Counted from the stretch's first letter, positions 49,953 to 60,661 are shown. The stretch: 64,000 nucleotides of DNA from an uncultured Gammaproteobacteria bacterium (GCA_964349125.1 CAYGFH010000001.1:772801-836800), one strand, 5' to 3'. Translations and numbers: made by a program. The notes: generated by a model not told the origin, from the sequence alone.

Positions 49953-51713
49953 CTACTGATGCGTGCGTCCTTCACAGAGGGATTTGAACGAGAAAATAGC
50001 ATACTGTTTATTAGCTGACGTATACGATGGGGTATAGTTTCTCAGAAAATACGCCAACTCTATATCCGGAAGGTTTGTGTCGTTGCGCACATCCTCAACT
50101 GTTACATAGGAGATAGAATACTTTTTCATCAGATCACAGCGTTGTTTTTCATCCCGAGTCTCATACATGATATCCATGATAGGCATGCGATTTTCTTTAT
50201 ATCCTGCGCTCCATGCAAAGTATGGCCATCCCAAAAAGACCGGCCGACCGGCTAGAGAAGCAGGGTGATACAGATAATTGCTGTTTAAAAATACATCACC
50301 CGGACTGGTATGTGTCGCTATCCACGTAGCCGTTGGATGCACATCGGACAGTGTTCCTTTTGCGTCGTTGTATATCACAAAAAAATCAATAATTCCTGTG
50401 AGAGTCAATACTATAATCATGCACCCAGAAGCGAATACTCCCACTGATTGCATAATCACACTTCTCTTTTTTAGGATGGCACTCATGATTGATACAATAA
50501 CATGGGCGCTCAACATATTTCCAAAAATAAGGAAGAAGTTGAAGAATTTATGATTTGCAGATGCCTCTATAGAGAATTTAACAAGATTTGGCAGGATAAA
50601 TAGCGGGATCATCGGTAGCACGAATAGCCGTGATCGTTTTGGAATCAGGAAAAATCCAACAGGAATAAGTATGAGGTGCAGCCCTATATTTTGCCACCAG
50701 TACGAGATCATATGCAGTGTTTTTTGAATGATCGTTGCCTGTTTTTGCAGTTCATTGTGAATGGTATATCCCGGATACCACTCAAGAGGGCTCCCACTGC
50801 CTCTAACCGCGAGAAGCTGTGGGATGATGAGCTCGAGAGCGAGCACACCGGTAAAAAACAGAAATATGCGAAGTGTAGGGAAACAAAAGAAGTATATGCT
50901 CATAAAAACAGCGCAAATTAACAAGGCTGGTTGATGGAAAAAAGGAAACATGCCAAGCGTTATTCCCCAGAATATCGCCCAGGGAATTTGTTTCTTCCAG
51001 TGGATATCGATGAGACGCAGTGTGGTGATGATAAACAGTAACACTATCGCGAAAGCAGCCGCCAGATGGCGCTGATTGGTGTAAATATTTAGGTTCCAAA
51101 ATGCAGTGATCTCACCGGGACCCCACGGGGCGAATGCCGGAAAATCTTTGGCATGCACAATGTCGGTCACGGTATCTATGGTGATCGGGTGCAATGTAAA
51201 AAAGCGGATGAATCCAAATGACCCATTAAACAGGAAAAACACCAGTGCGAGCACAGCGGTAAATTTAGAGTGAGTAAACCTCCATGTTAAGTAATAAATA
51301 CTTAACAAAAGAAGTACAAAACCTGCGATACTGGGTAAATTAAGTGCCCAATCAATTCGCATGCCCAGACGTTCAAAAATGCCTACTATCATATAGAAGA
51401 GAAAGTGATATCTGATAGGCTCTCCGGGGAAAATCGGATACTGCACGTTCAGGTTGAAAAATCGATCCAAATTGTCGCCCATAGAAAATGAGCGTATGAG
51501 CGGGATATGGGCGCCAAAATCGCTCCAGAGCTTGTATGCGATGCGGATATCGTGGGTCTTTGCATCGTACGAAAACGTATGAAACATGAGCCATGATGCA
51601 AAGGTAATGCAAAGGACGATGATGAAGATATCAAAGAAGGGGAGTGTGAGTTTTTTCGATGCCCATATGCGTTTCATGATCTCTATTGTTTCATTGTGTG
51701 CTGTCTGATGCAA
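49953..51713 (-). CDS. polytopic membrane protein, putative GT-C-type glycosyltransferase
   Basis: More than 12 TM helices with a large C-terminal extracytoplasmic domain. Clustered with PMT-like and YYY proteins. Confidence 0.55.
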   Translation of the reverse strand: MHQTAHNETIEIMKRIWASKKLTLPFFDIFIIVLCITFASWLMFHTFSYDAKTHDIRIAYKLWSDFGAHIPLIRSFSMGDNLDRFFNLNVQYPIFPGEPIRYHFLFYMIVGIFERLGMRIDWALNLPSIAGFVLLLLSIYYLTWRFTHSKFTAVLALVFFLFNGSFGFIRFFTLHPITIDTVTDIVHAKDFPAFAPWGPGEITAFWNLNIYTNQRHLAAAFAIVLLFIITTLRLIDIHWKKQIPWAIFWGITLGMFPFFHQPALLICAVFMSIYFFCFPTLRIFLFFTGVLALELIIPQLLAVRGSGSPLEWYPGYTIHNELQKQATIIQKTLHMISYWWQNIGLHLILIPVGFFLIPKRSRLFVLPMIPLFILPNLVKFSIEASANHKFFNFFLIFGNMLSAHVIVSIMSAILKKRSVIMQSVGVFASGCMIIVLTLTGIIDFFVIYNDAKGTLSDVHPTATWIATHTSPGDVFLNSNYLYHPASLAGRPVFLGWPYFAWSAGYKENRMPIMDIMYETRDEKQRCDLMKKYSISYVTVEDVRNDTNLPDIELAYFLRNYTPSYTSANKQYAIFSFKSLCEGRTHQ

Positions 51714-52932
51714 GAATTGCTCCAGCAGCTTTTATTCCTAGCTCAACTGCATAATTCGTGCCTCTATCCCAAGGGACAATACTATCCATATTTGCAAGAA
51801 ACACATTGGGGATAGGTGATTCTAGTGACGGAGCTTTTTTGGAGTAATTAACCTGATGAACAGGTTGAGCATAGGGAGCGGTGAATAGATATGATTTCGT
51901 AAATCGTAAATCGTAAATCGTTAATCGCGATAATTTGGATATATAGGGCATGAACTCTTTTAACAGTTGTTGTTTTGTCATTGTCAAATACCGGTGTCCG
52001 TTCGGCAGATAATTGCCAATATAGGTAATATGGTTGCCTCCATAATGTTTTTTATCCATAAAATTTGTATGGGCGACGATTGCCAGAAATGGAAATGTGC
52101 GGTCGAGAACTGAGAGCCAATATACAGAATCAAGAATCGGTTTTTTCGTTTCCAGAATAAGCACCTGCGCATGAAGATGGGGGATAGTGAGCGATGCTGG
52201 TTTTGCGATACCTGGGAATATTTTTTCAGCAATAGGCGTGGGCGTGGTTACGAGTGTTCTGTCGAATCTTGTATCGATTGACGTTACTGTGGTACCAGTT
52301 TTAATTATTCCACCCCGTTTTTTAATTTCCGAGACAATCGCATCAACGAATGTCTGGAATCCACCATCAAAATACACAAGTGAGGGCGTCCGTTTGTGAA
52401 TACGTGCCCAGAGCCAAGACGCAGCGATTGCGTTATCTAAATCGCCGAACTTACCAGCCATCAGTGGCTCCCAAATTGTCTCCCATGCCCTTAGTCCACC
52501 CCAGCGGATAAAAAATTCTTTTGCAGTAATCCCTTCAAGTGTTTGCCAAAATGGATATAGTTTGCAAAACGCCACGATTAAGCCAGTACGAAGTTTATCA
52601 GAAATAGAAAGGCCATTGAATTTTAATAAGTGCATGGGACTATCAAATTGATGAAACTCGCCACGCCAGTAATTTGATGTGTTTGGACGTTTTGTTATAA
52701 GTTTGTCGCCGATGCCCAATTCATGAGCCAGTGAGAGGATCGCCACATCATTGGTAAACATATGATGATATGCGCCTTCCAAGTGCCACTGCCAATCCTT
52801 CTGCCTGAATCCGTATGCAAGTCCTCCGAGATACGATTCTCGTTCAAACACGGTCACTGTATGTCCGGATTTGGTCAGGGTGTACGCAGCGGTTAGCCCT
52901 GTAATGCCCCCGCCAATGATTGCGATTTTCAT
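51691..52932 (-). CDS. FAD-dependent oxidoreductase (amine-oxidase/PPOX-like, Glf-like not excluded)
   Basis: N-terminal IAIIGGGITGLTAA...VTVFERESYLGG dinucleotide fold. C-terminal GTNYAVELGIKAAG motif. Confidence 0.65.
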   Translation of the reverse strand: MKIAIIGGGITGLTAAYTLTKSGHTVTVFERESYLGGLAYGFRQKDWQWHLEGAYHHMFTNDVAILSLAHELGIGDKLITKRPNTSNYWRGEFHQFDSPMHLLKFNGLSISDKLRTGLIVAFCKLYPFWQTLEGITAKEFFIRWGGLRAWETIWEPLMAGKFGDLDNAIAASWLWARIHKRTPSLVYFDGGFQTFVDAIVSEIKKRGGIIKTGTTVTSIDTRFDRTLVTTPTPIAEKIFPGIAKPASLTIPHLHAQVLILETKKPILDSVYWLSVLDRTFPFLAIVAHTNFMDKKHYGGNHITYIGNYLPNGHRYLTMTKQQLLKEFMPYISKLSRLTIYDLRFTKSYLFTAPYAQPVHQVNYSKKAPSLESPIPNVFLANMDSIVPWDRGTNYAVELGIKAAGAILASDSTQ

Positions 52933-54644
52933 TGGGTTATTATAGCATCGTCTGGTAATGAACTGTTTTCATAAAAAAATCCTAACGTTTCACCAGTCTC
53001 GTTATCAAAATATTCGTATGTAAATGTTGGAAGTGCCTCTCTAATGGTTACAATTTCTTCTTTGCTGGGGTTTATTAGTAAAAAGGGCTGACCTTGATAC
53101 TTATCAAATAGTTGTGATTTTTCGATAGTAGTAAATATGTATTGATTATTTGTGCGAAAGAATAGCTCTTTTCCTAAATGAAAAATTGGATACGCTCCTA
53201 TAAGCACTTCAGTATGTTTGGGTATGACTTCTTGAATTCGATTGGCTAGCTTTGTGCTATAGGGATAGTCTTGAAGATCGTTTAATATCATTTTATTAAG
53301 ATGATAGTTGTTATTAATTATGAATACCATAAATCCAATACCAATGACTAATCGTTTTATCCATATTCGATTAAATGATAGAGCTTTGGAGAGCGCAAAA
53401 AGCCCGAGCGTAATTGTGAAAGCTAGGAGAGGAAACATGACAGCTAACCGATGGAATGCGGGGGGTTGAACAGTTAAAGAATATCCTATTATGACAGCGC
53501 TTATGGTAAACAAAATGTATACAAAGGGTACCTTTTTTTTACAATATTTAACTAATATCCAAAACCCTAACATAAAGAGAATAAAAGTATAAGGTTCCAT
53601 CAAGGCTTGTTTTCCAAAATAATATCCATCTGTTCCGCCAATGCCTGGGAGGAACAACGCAAGTAATGATTGTGATATTTGTACACCAAGAGCTGTACTA
53701 GGTGAGAGGATATTCTCTGCCCCTTGTTGGTATATGCCTTGACTGCTTGTAAATGTGCTTACAGTGCTGATTCGATCATAAAAATATGGAAACACAAATA
53801 TATTGTGAATAATAAATGGAAGTAAAATAATCGCAAACACCGTGTATAAGATTTTAAGTGAATATATGTGGATTTGTGATTTGTTAATTACATACTGGTA
53901 AAAAATGAACAAAATGCTTAGCGGAAGCGTGATATAGGAAGCGGTATAAAAGAGGAAAGATAATCCTAAATAGACGCCAGCTAGAATTGCATGCGCATGG
54001 TGTGCATTGTTCCTGTGGATAAAATGATACAAAAACGCAATGACACAGAGTGCACTGCTGGCAACATGCATATTTAATGTTGACATGTAAAAATTGCTTG
54101 AGGAAAAAATAAAAATAAGTGATGCGATAGCTGCAAAATTTGAGGATATGAGCCGTTTAGAAAGTATATAAAGATAGAATACTATGGCGATATTATACCA
54201 AGCAGTTGAAAATCGAACGGATAACAGTGACGTAGATAATAGTGATAATATCTGTTTTTGAATAAGAAAATATGGGATAGGATATGCTGCTATAGAGCTT
54301 GTTGGGTAGCCATTAAACCAATCAATGTGTTGCATCGCTGGTAGTGTGACAGAGGCATGTGCAAGAACAAATTCATCTCGGTGATAATGGTCAGGTAATG
54401 AATTTACAAACAATGGGATCATGATGATAAGTCCCGAAAACATAAGTACAATTCCCACATCTCTTTTATCTAACGGAAAAAGTGGCTCGATTGATTTTTG
54501 GTTCCAAAAATATGAAATGGTGAGACTTAGTGCGATGAGCCAGGAGAATAGCCCAAACAAATTTACCGATCTTGTGAGTATTTGGGCAATCGTAATTGAC
54601 AGGAGAACAAAGATAAGAAATAGATACACTAGATTCTTTCGCAT
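52929..54644 (-). CDS. GT-C fold membrane glycosyltransferase (PMT/ArnT family 39/83-like)
   Basis: About 14 TM helices. First-loop acidic motif HYHRDEF. ATGA overlap with the upstream gene. Confidence 0.55.
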   Translation of the reverse strand: MRKNLVYLFLIFVLLSITIAQILTRSVNLFGLFSWLIALSLTISYFWNQKSIEPLFPLDKRDVGIVLMFSGLIIMIPLFVNSLPDHYHRDEFVLAHASVTLPAMQHIDWFNGYPTSSIAAYPIPYFLIQKQILSLLSTSLLSVRFSTAWYNIAIVFYLYILSKRLISSNFAAIASLIFIFSSSNFYMSTLNMHVASSALCVIAFLYHFIHRNNAHHAHAILAGVYLGLSFLFYTASYITLPLSILFIFYQYVINKSQIHIYSLKILYTVFAIILLPFIIHNIFVFPYFYDRISTVSTFTSSQGIYQQGAENILSPSTALGVQISQSLLALFLPGIGGTDGYYFGKQALMEPYTFILFMLGFWILVKYCKKKVPFVYILFTISAVIIGYSLTVQPPAFHRLAVMFPLLAFTITLGLFALSKALSFNRIWIKRLVIGIGFMVFIINNNYHLNKMILNDLQDYPYSTKLANRIQEVIPKHTEVLIGAYPIFHLGKELFFRTNNQYIFTTIEKSQLFDKYQGQPFLLINPSKEEIVTIREALPTFTYEYFDNETGETLGFFYENSSLPDDAIITQ

Positions 54645-54672
54645 ATGAAATACTAATTATTCTACTGGATAA

Positions 54673-56982
54673 TTGATCAGCGTTCGGTATAATCATTTCA
54701 TGGGAACTGATTTTTGGATAGTTGTCAAATGGTGGGTGGCTTTATTTCTCATTGGTTCAGTGTCCTTTCCGCTCACAAAAAAACTGTTTTCCTCATGGTA
54801 TGACCGCGGATATATGTTTACCAAGGCCGTTGGTATGGCTTTTGTCACATATATTGTGTACATCGCAGCAATGGCGCGAGTATTGCCGTTCACCTTCGAA
54901 TCAATAGTATTGGCGATGATTACTGTATTTTTCTTTGGATTACTCGTGCATGTGTTTACAAGTAGGGAAGTGGAGGGGAGAAGGGATACGCGGATGGGTA
55001 CATTGTTGAAATATCCAAAAGCATTCATGCACCATGCTCCCCAAAAAATGCGCTTGGTGATGATTCTGATACTTGAAGAACTCTTTTTTTTCGGGCTGCT
55101 ACTTTTTTGGTCGTGGGTAAAAGGGCATGAGCCCTCGATCCATGGACTGGAAAAATTTATGGATTTTGGATTCATGCAAACAATTCTCAACAGCAGATAT
55201 TTCCCGGCGCCGGATATGTGGTATGCAGGATATCCGATAAATTACTATTACTTCGGTCATACGGTTGTTGCGGTATTGACAAAATTTTCCAATATTTCAC
55301 TCATCTACACGTTTAATCTTATGCTCGCTACACTGTTTGCGCTATGCGTCACACAGAGCTTTAGTATCGGTGTACATATTCTGCAGTGGGGGATGCCAAA
55401 GCTTCGCATTGGCATGGTGATTGCTGGCGCTATCCTCATAGCATTCCTCGTATCTCTCGGGGGAAACATGCAAACCATTTATGCGTTTACCAAAGGGTAT
55501 ACAGGTGAAAACGTACAACCATTTTGGCATTTGCTGTGGACTCCCGGAGAATTTATAGGAAAATTGCCGGAGGGATTGGAGCGGTACTGGTATGCGAATG
55601 CCACGAGATTCATACCCTATACAATTCATGAATTTCCAAGCTACTCGTTTGTTGTATCCGATGTGCATGGGCATGTCATGAGCATACCATTCGTGCTTCT
55701 TGCAATCGCGTTGCTTTTGGCACTATTTTTATCTGATGGAAAATCACTCAACACGCAGAGATCTGATGCACAGAGCCTCCGGTATGTGTTGTATGGGCTG
55801 CTCGTATCTATCCTTCTGATGACAAATGCTCTCGATGGGCCGATTTATTTAGGGTTATTCCTCGTTCTGTATAGCGTATTCCACTGGAAATATATACGCG
55901 CATTTGGCAAACACTGGAAGTATATTGTGTTGACTGCAGGATCTGTATGTATTGCGGCAGTGCTGGGAAGTATTCCCTTTATGAGTAAATTTTCTTCGTT
56001 TGTCTCAGGTATTGCGCTCAATTGTCCGCCCGCGTTTTTGGCGAATCAAAAAATAGGCCCCCTCCTTTTTGAAGAAATTGAAAAGTGTCAGCGATCTCCT
56101 GTCTGGATGATGTGGTTACTGTGGGGATTTTTCATCTATTCAGGCATATTCTTATTTGCATGGTATGCCAAGCATCATATGCAAAAGAAAGCAGAGGAAA
56201 AACCTCACACATTGGTACTGGTATTTGCAGTGTTTTTCGTTATTTCCATTGCCCTTATCATTTTTCCTGAGATTTTTTACTTCAAGGATATTTATCCCCA
56301 ACACTTCAGAAGTAACACCATGTTTAAGCTGGGGTATCAGGCATTTATCATGTTTTCAATTATTTCAGGATACTCGATCATGTATGCGGTGAACGCGATA
56401 CGAGAGAAACTCACACGTAAGAATAGATATGTCCTATGGGTATTCTTATTACTGTTACTCCCTCAATTATTTCTTGTGTCTATTTACCCGATATTCAGCG
56501 TTCGTTCATACTTTAACAGTTTGCTGACCTATAAAGGCCTCGATGGAATTCAGTGGATTGCGGAGCAGTATCCTGATGATTATGCAGGGATTTTATGGCT
56601 TAAAGGTCAATTGAGTATGGAGATTCCCACCGCAGATTCACTCCCAGTTATTGTAGAGGCAGATGGGGATAGCTACACCGATCATGCACGGTATAGTGCA
56701 TTTACAGGCGTACCGACTGTGATCGGTTGGCCTGTACATGAATGGTTGTGGCGTGGTTCTTACGATGTCGTTGCTCCTCGGCGGGAGGAAGTGCGTGTTA
56801 TTTACGAGTCTGATAGTTATGAGGAAACACGGGAAATTCTTCAGAAGTATGGGGTTAAATACATAGTGGTCGGAGGGATGGAACGTGAAAAATTTACTCA
56901 ACTCAATATCACAAAGCTTGAAGATATGGGCAGACCTGCGTTCACAATCGGTGAGTTAACGATCTATGAGATCACTGACTGA
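54673..56982 (+). CDS. DUF2298 (Chlor_Arch_YYY) family membrane protein
   Basis: Diagnostic GYPINYYYFGH motif. About 20 TM helices. Large C-terminal soluble domain. Confidence 0.7.
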   Translation: MISVRYNHFMGTDFWIVVKWWVALFLIGSVSFPLTKKLFSSWYDRGYMFTKAVGMAFVTYIVYIAAMARVLPFTFESIVLAMITVFFFGLLVHVFTSREVEGRRDTRMGTLLKYPKAFMHHAPQKMRLVMILILEELFFFGLLLFWSWVKGHEPSIHGLEKFMDFGFMQTILNSRYFPAPDMWYAGYPINYYYFGHTVVAVLTKFSNISLIYTFNLMLATLFALCVTQSFSIGVHILQWGMPKLRIGMVIAGAILIAFLVSLGGNMQTIYAFTKGYTGENVQPFWHLLWTPGEFIGKLPEGLERYWYANATRFIPYTIHEFPSYSFVVSDVHGHVMSIPFVLLAIALLLALFLSDGKSLNTQRSDAQSLRYVLYGLLVSILLMTNALDGPIYLGLFLVLYSVFHWKYIRAFGKHWKYIVLTAGSVCIAAVLGSIPFMSKFSSFVSGIALNCPPAFLANQKIGPLLFEEIEKCQRSPVWMMWLLWGFFIYSGIFLFAWYAKHHMQKKAEEKPHTLVLVFAVFFVISIALIIFPEIFYFKDIYPQHFRSNTMFKLGYQAFIMFSIISGYSIMYAVNAIREKLTRKNRYVLWVFLLLLLPQLFLVSIYPIFSVRSYFNSLLTYKGLDGIQWIAEQYPDDYAGILWLKGQLSMEIPTADSLPVIVEADGDSYTDHARYSAFTGVPTVIGWPVHEWLWRGSYDVVAPRREEVRVIYESDSYEETREILQKYGVKYIVVGGMEREKFTQLNITKLEDMGRPAFTIGELTIYEITD

Positions 56983-57065
56983 TGCTCCCTTTGTCCTTGA
57001 CAAGTGTGCATAAATACCATTAACTAGAAGATATACAGCACTTATCATACAGGGCTTATTTTTTT

Positions 57066-58157
57066 ATGAAGCGAGACTCATACCGATTTTTAGCGTACAT
57101 ACTCATTATTGCTGTATGTTCTTTGAGTATGTTTCCGTTTTCTTCGATTGTTCAAGCAGGCACATTGACTCCAGCGAAGGTAACTATTTCGGATTCACGG
57201 GCAGGGAATGCCTCCACGACCTATGATTTTGCATTCACTACGTCAGTAACTACATCCATAAAACAACTGAATGTTGTGTTTTGTACCACGGCATCAGGAG
57301 CATGTTCGACACCGACCGGGATAGATACGACAGGAGCAACAAGAGCGAGTGATAACGTTGCAGGAACAGGGAGAACTGATGATTTCACAGGAAACGGAAC
57401 ACTATCAACGGTGATCACGACTCCCGCATCACAAGCCACACAGGCCGTAACTGTATCCTACACAGGGATAACCAATCCGACGACCACCAACACTACATTT
57501 TTTGCACGCATAACCACATACTCTGACACCGGGTCAACGGTGATTGATACGGCTTCCGTCGCGTTTGCTATTCTCACAAGTACGTCAATCGCTGTAAGTG
57601 CCTCTGTTGATTCCACATTTACGTTTTCGGTTGCGGCAGCCAATTCAGGAAGCGTGAATGGTGCATCGATTGATATAACAACTTCTACTGCAAACACCAT
57701 TCCATTCGGCACGCTCTCGTCAGGAGTGCCGAAAGTAGCAGCTCATGATCTCTCTGTGGTATCAAACGCATTAGGGGGATACACTATTACCGTAAAAGCG
57801 TTAGCAGATCCACCGCTTGTTGATGCCTCTAATAATATTGATAAGTTTAGCGGTACTAATGACACTCCAACGACCTGGTCGTCACCGGCCGGATCATCGG
57901 CGAATGTAAACACAGGGTTTTTCGGATACACGACGAACGATGCATCACTTGGGACCGGAACAGCAACCCGATTTACGGGCTCCGGAGGCAATAAATGGGC
58001 CGGGACAACAACGTCACCGCTTGAAGTGGCATATAGTGCCGTAGGGGTATCGTCTGCGGAAGTAACTCGTGTCGGATGGCAAGCTGAAGTAAACGGACTC
58101 CAGCCAGCCGGTGCATATACAGGCACTGTCGTGTTGGTGGCAACACCAACGTATTGA
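57066..58157 (+). CDS. secreted Thr/Ser-rich surface protein, WxL-like C-terminal domain (paralog 1)
   Basis: Signal/TM, T/S-rich region, C-terminal GYTTND...RFT...GW.AEV...AGAYTGTVVLVATPTY block shared by three paralogs. Resemblance to WxL is tentative. Confidence 0.5.
   Translation: MKRDSYRFLAYILIIAVCSLSMFPFSSIVQAGTLTPAKVTISDSRAGNASTTYDFAFTTSVTTSIKQLNVVFCTTASGACSTPTGIDTTGATRASDNVAGTGRTDDFTGNGTLSTVITTPASQATQAVTVSYTGITNPTTTNTTFFARITTYSDTGSTVIDTASVAFAILTSTSIAVSASVDSTFTFSVAAANSGSVNGASIDITTSTANTIPFGTLSSGVPKVAAHDLSVVSNALGGYTITVKALADPPLVDASNNIDKFSGTNDTPTTWSSPAGSSANVNTGFFGYTTNDASLGTGTATRFTGSGGNKWAGTTTSPLEVAYSAVGVSSAEVTRVGWQAEVNGLQPAGAYTGTVVLVATPTY
57150..57460 (+). repeat. 311-bp segment identical between paralog 1 and paralog 2 (other copy 59213-59523)
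   Basis: Nucleotide identity as read by eye across the N-terminal coding halves. Antisense ORFs 57221-57439 and 59284-59502 have identical translations. Confidence 0.85.
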
Positions 58158-59083
58158 TCTTTATGAAACACTTTGTGTATACGTATCGTAATCTCCTGAC
58201 TTTTTTACTGTTGCTGGTGTCCGGAGGATTTTTCGTTGTCCGTTTGGGGATCGCACAGAATGCGGCAAGTTCGCAAACATTGGAAATTTCCCCTCCCAGC
58301 CAGGAAATAAAAGTTGATCCCGGTCAAACAGTAAAGATAAAGGCAAAGATCCGCAATCGTAGCGGAGAATCGCTCTCTATACTCGCACGAATAGAGGATT
58401 TTACTGCGTCAGGGGAGGGCGGACAGGTAGCACTTATAGAAAAAGGGCCGTATGCAATTTCTTCCTGGACTATCATTGATCAGCCGGCATTTACATTAAA
58501 GTCTGGAGAAACAAAAGAGATTGTGGCAACTGCATCTGTTCCTGTCGGTCTTGCCGGCGGGCGATATGGATCATTTGTTTTTTCTGCCGGAGGAGGGCAG
58601 GCAGGGGCTGGCACTGCTGCTGTATCGCAGGAAGTCGCCTCATTGTTTTTACTTCGTATTTCCGGACCAGTTTCAGAGGTGTTAACCGCTGATGCGTTTA
58701 CTATGCCATCGTTTGTCGAATTTGGCCCGGTGCCTATGACCGTAAAGTTCTCCAATACTGGAAACGTACATGTCAGGCCAAACGGACTAATTAATGTCCG
58801 AAATATGTTCGGAAAAACTGCTGCGGACGTGCTGTTTAAAGGGGAAAATGTATTTCCAGGAGCATCCCGCTCTCAAACAGTTACTCTCGATAAAACATGG
58901 CTATTCGGGCCGTATACAGCTCAGGCAGTGTTAACATATGGAAGTAAAAATGAATCTCTGACGATTACCTCTACCTTTTTTGCATTCCCACTGCGGATTG
59001 CAGTGGTATTGGGTATCGTTCTTGGTGTATTGTATATGATGAGACGCCGGTTGAAAAAAGCACTCAAGGCACTCGTGGGATAA
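58154..59083 (+). CDS. DUF916/DUF3324-like cell-surface protein with C-terminal membrane anchor (CscA-like)
   Basis: LEISPPSQEIKVDPGQTVKIKAKIRNRSGESL...IEDF block resembles DUF916. C-terminal TM followed by MMRRRLKKALK. Confidence 0.5.
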   Translation: MIFMKHFVYTYRNLLTFLLLLVSGGFFVVRLGIAQNAASSQTLEISPPSQEIKVDPGQTVKIKAKIRNRSGESLSILARIEDFTASGEGGQVALIEKGPYAISSWTIIDQPAFTLKSGETKEIVATASVPVGLAGGRYGSFVFSAGGGQAGAGTAAVSQEVASLFLLRISGPVSEVLTADAFTMPSFVEFGPVPMTVKFSNTGNVHVRPNGLINVRNMFGKTAADVLFKGENVFPGASRSQTVTLDKTWLFGPYTAQAVLTYGSKNESLTITSTFFAFPLRIAVVLGIVLGVLYMMRRRLKKALKALVG

Positions 59084-59092
59084 TCAATCAGT

Positions 59093-60220
59093 ATGAAGTA
59101 TTCTGCCAAAACTATTCATAAAAAAATCCACCATACTAAGAAAGTAAGCGCTATTGGTGTGCTTATTGTGTTGCTTGTGAGCGTACCCTTATTCGCTCAG
59201 CTATCCACGAAAGTTCAAGCAGGCACATTGACTCCAGCGAAGGTAACTATTTCGGATTCACGGGCAGGGAATGCCTCCACGACCTATGATTTTGCATTCA
59301 CTACGTCAGTAACTACATCCATAAAACAACTGAATGTTGTGTTTTGTACCACGGCATCAGGAGCATGTTCGACACCGACCGGGATAGATACGACAGGAGC
59401 AACAAGAGCGAGTGATAACGTTGCAGGAACAGGGAGAACTGATGATTTCACAGGAAACGGAACACTATCAACGGTGATCACGACTCCCGCATCACAAGCC
59501 ACACAGGCCGTAACTGTATCCTATACAGGTATTACAAATCCTACGACGACAGATTCTACCTTTTTTGCCCGCGTGACAACATATTCTGACACCGGGTCAA
59601 CGGTGATTGATTCAGCGTCTGTCGCATTTGCCATTTTAACCACAACATCTATAGCCGTTACCGCATCGGTAGCATCAACGTTTACGTTTTCTGTTGCTGC
59701 GGTGACAACAGGATTGGTCAACGGGGCGACAATCGACGTGACAAGTACCACCGCAAACACTATTCCATTTGGAACACTGTCATCTGCAACACCTAAAATA
59801 GCTTCTCATGATCTTACAGTCACGACAAATGCAGCGAATGGATACACTGTCACGGTCAAAGCGGCTGCAGATCCGCCACTTGTTGACAGTACGAATAATA
59901 TAGATAAATTCAGTGGTACGAACGCAACACCCACAACTTGGTCGTCACCAGCGGGTTCTAGTGCGAGCGTAAACACTGGATTTTTTGGATACACGACAAA
60001 CGATGCAACGCTTGGTACCGGGACAGCCGATCGGTTTACGAGTTCAGGAGGTAATAAATGGTCAGGTACAACCACATCGCCGCTTGAAGTGGCGTATAGT
60101 GCGACAGGTATCGGCTCTTCTGAAGTTACGCGGATAGGATGGCAAGCCGAGGTGAATGGATTGCAGCCGGCAGGAGCCTACACTGGCACAGTCGTTTTAG
60201 TCGCGACGCCGACTTATTAA
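59093..60220 (+). CDS. secreted Thr/Ser-rich surface protein, WxL-like (paralog 2)
   Basis: Same architecture and C-terminal block as 57066-58157. First 311 bp of the mature region are identical. Confidence 0.5.
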   Translation: MKYSAKTIHKKIHHTKKVSAIGVLIVLLVSVPLFAQLSTKVQAGTLTPAKVTISDSRAGNASTTYDFAFTTSVTTSIKQLNVVFCTTASGACSTPTGIDTTGATRASDNVAGTGRTDDFTGNGTLSTVITTPASQATQAVTVSYTGITNPTTTDSTFFARVTTYSDTGSTVIDSASVAFAILTTTSIAVTASVASTFTFSVAAVTTGLVNGATIDVTSTTANTIPFGTLSSATPKIASHDLTVTTNAANGYTVTVKAAADPPLVDSTNNIDKFSGTNATPTTWSSPAGSSASVNTGFFGYTTNDATLGTGTADRFTSSGGNKWSGTTTSPLEVAYSATGIGSSEVTRIGWQAEVNGLQPAGAYTGTVVLVATPTY

Positions 60221-60238
60221 TATATCTTCGTTTTCAGT

Positions 60239-60661
60239 ATGAATATGCCGCAACGTGCGCTCTATATACTCTTTGGCATCGCAATCGGATATGTGTTTCA
60301 TGATTTGGCTTATGACAGCAGTCAAAGCATTCTCAAAAGAATACATTTTATATCCAATAAATCCACGTCACAAACGGTACTCGGTGATGTGTCTGCCGAT
60401 CAGTTCATCACGTCTGTTGTGTACACCGGTAATCGATTTGAGCCTAGGACTGTACGAGTGCGGAAAGGAAACTATGTGGTTATTACTAACAGGAGTAACA
60501 CATCGCTCATGTGGTTGGTATCAGACATGCCTGGCGTTATGACGACACGCGGATATGCCGAAGGTGAACAATTCCAGTTCACATCCGGGCAGGTAGGGTC
60601 GTTCACTGTGTCTAATAAGCTGCTTCCTCAGTCAACACTTCGCATTACCGTGGATGAGTAA
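60239..60661 (+). CDS. membrane-anchored beta-rich hypothetical protein
   Basis: N-terminal TM. No recognised motif. Confidence 0.45.
   Translation: MNMPQRALYILFGIAIGYVFHDLAYDSSQSILKRIHFISNKSTSQTVLGDVSADQFITSVVYTGNRFEPRTVRVRKGNYVVITNRSNTSLMWLVSDMPGVMTTRGYAEGEQFQFTSGQVGSFTVSNKLLPQSTLRITVDE

Noticed and set aside
57221-60075. Antisense ORFs inside the WxL-like genes (57221-57439-, 57458-57712-, 57743-58171-, 59284-59502-, 59521-59760-, 59806-60075-)
   Set aside because: They lie opposite long, well-supported sense ORFs. Their identical translations simply reflect the identical sense-strand DNA.
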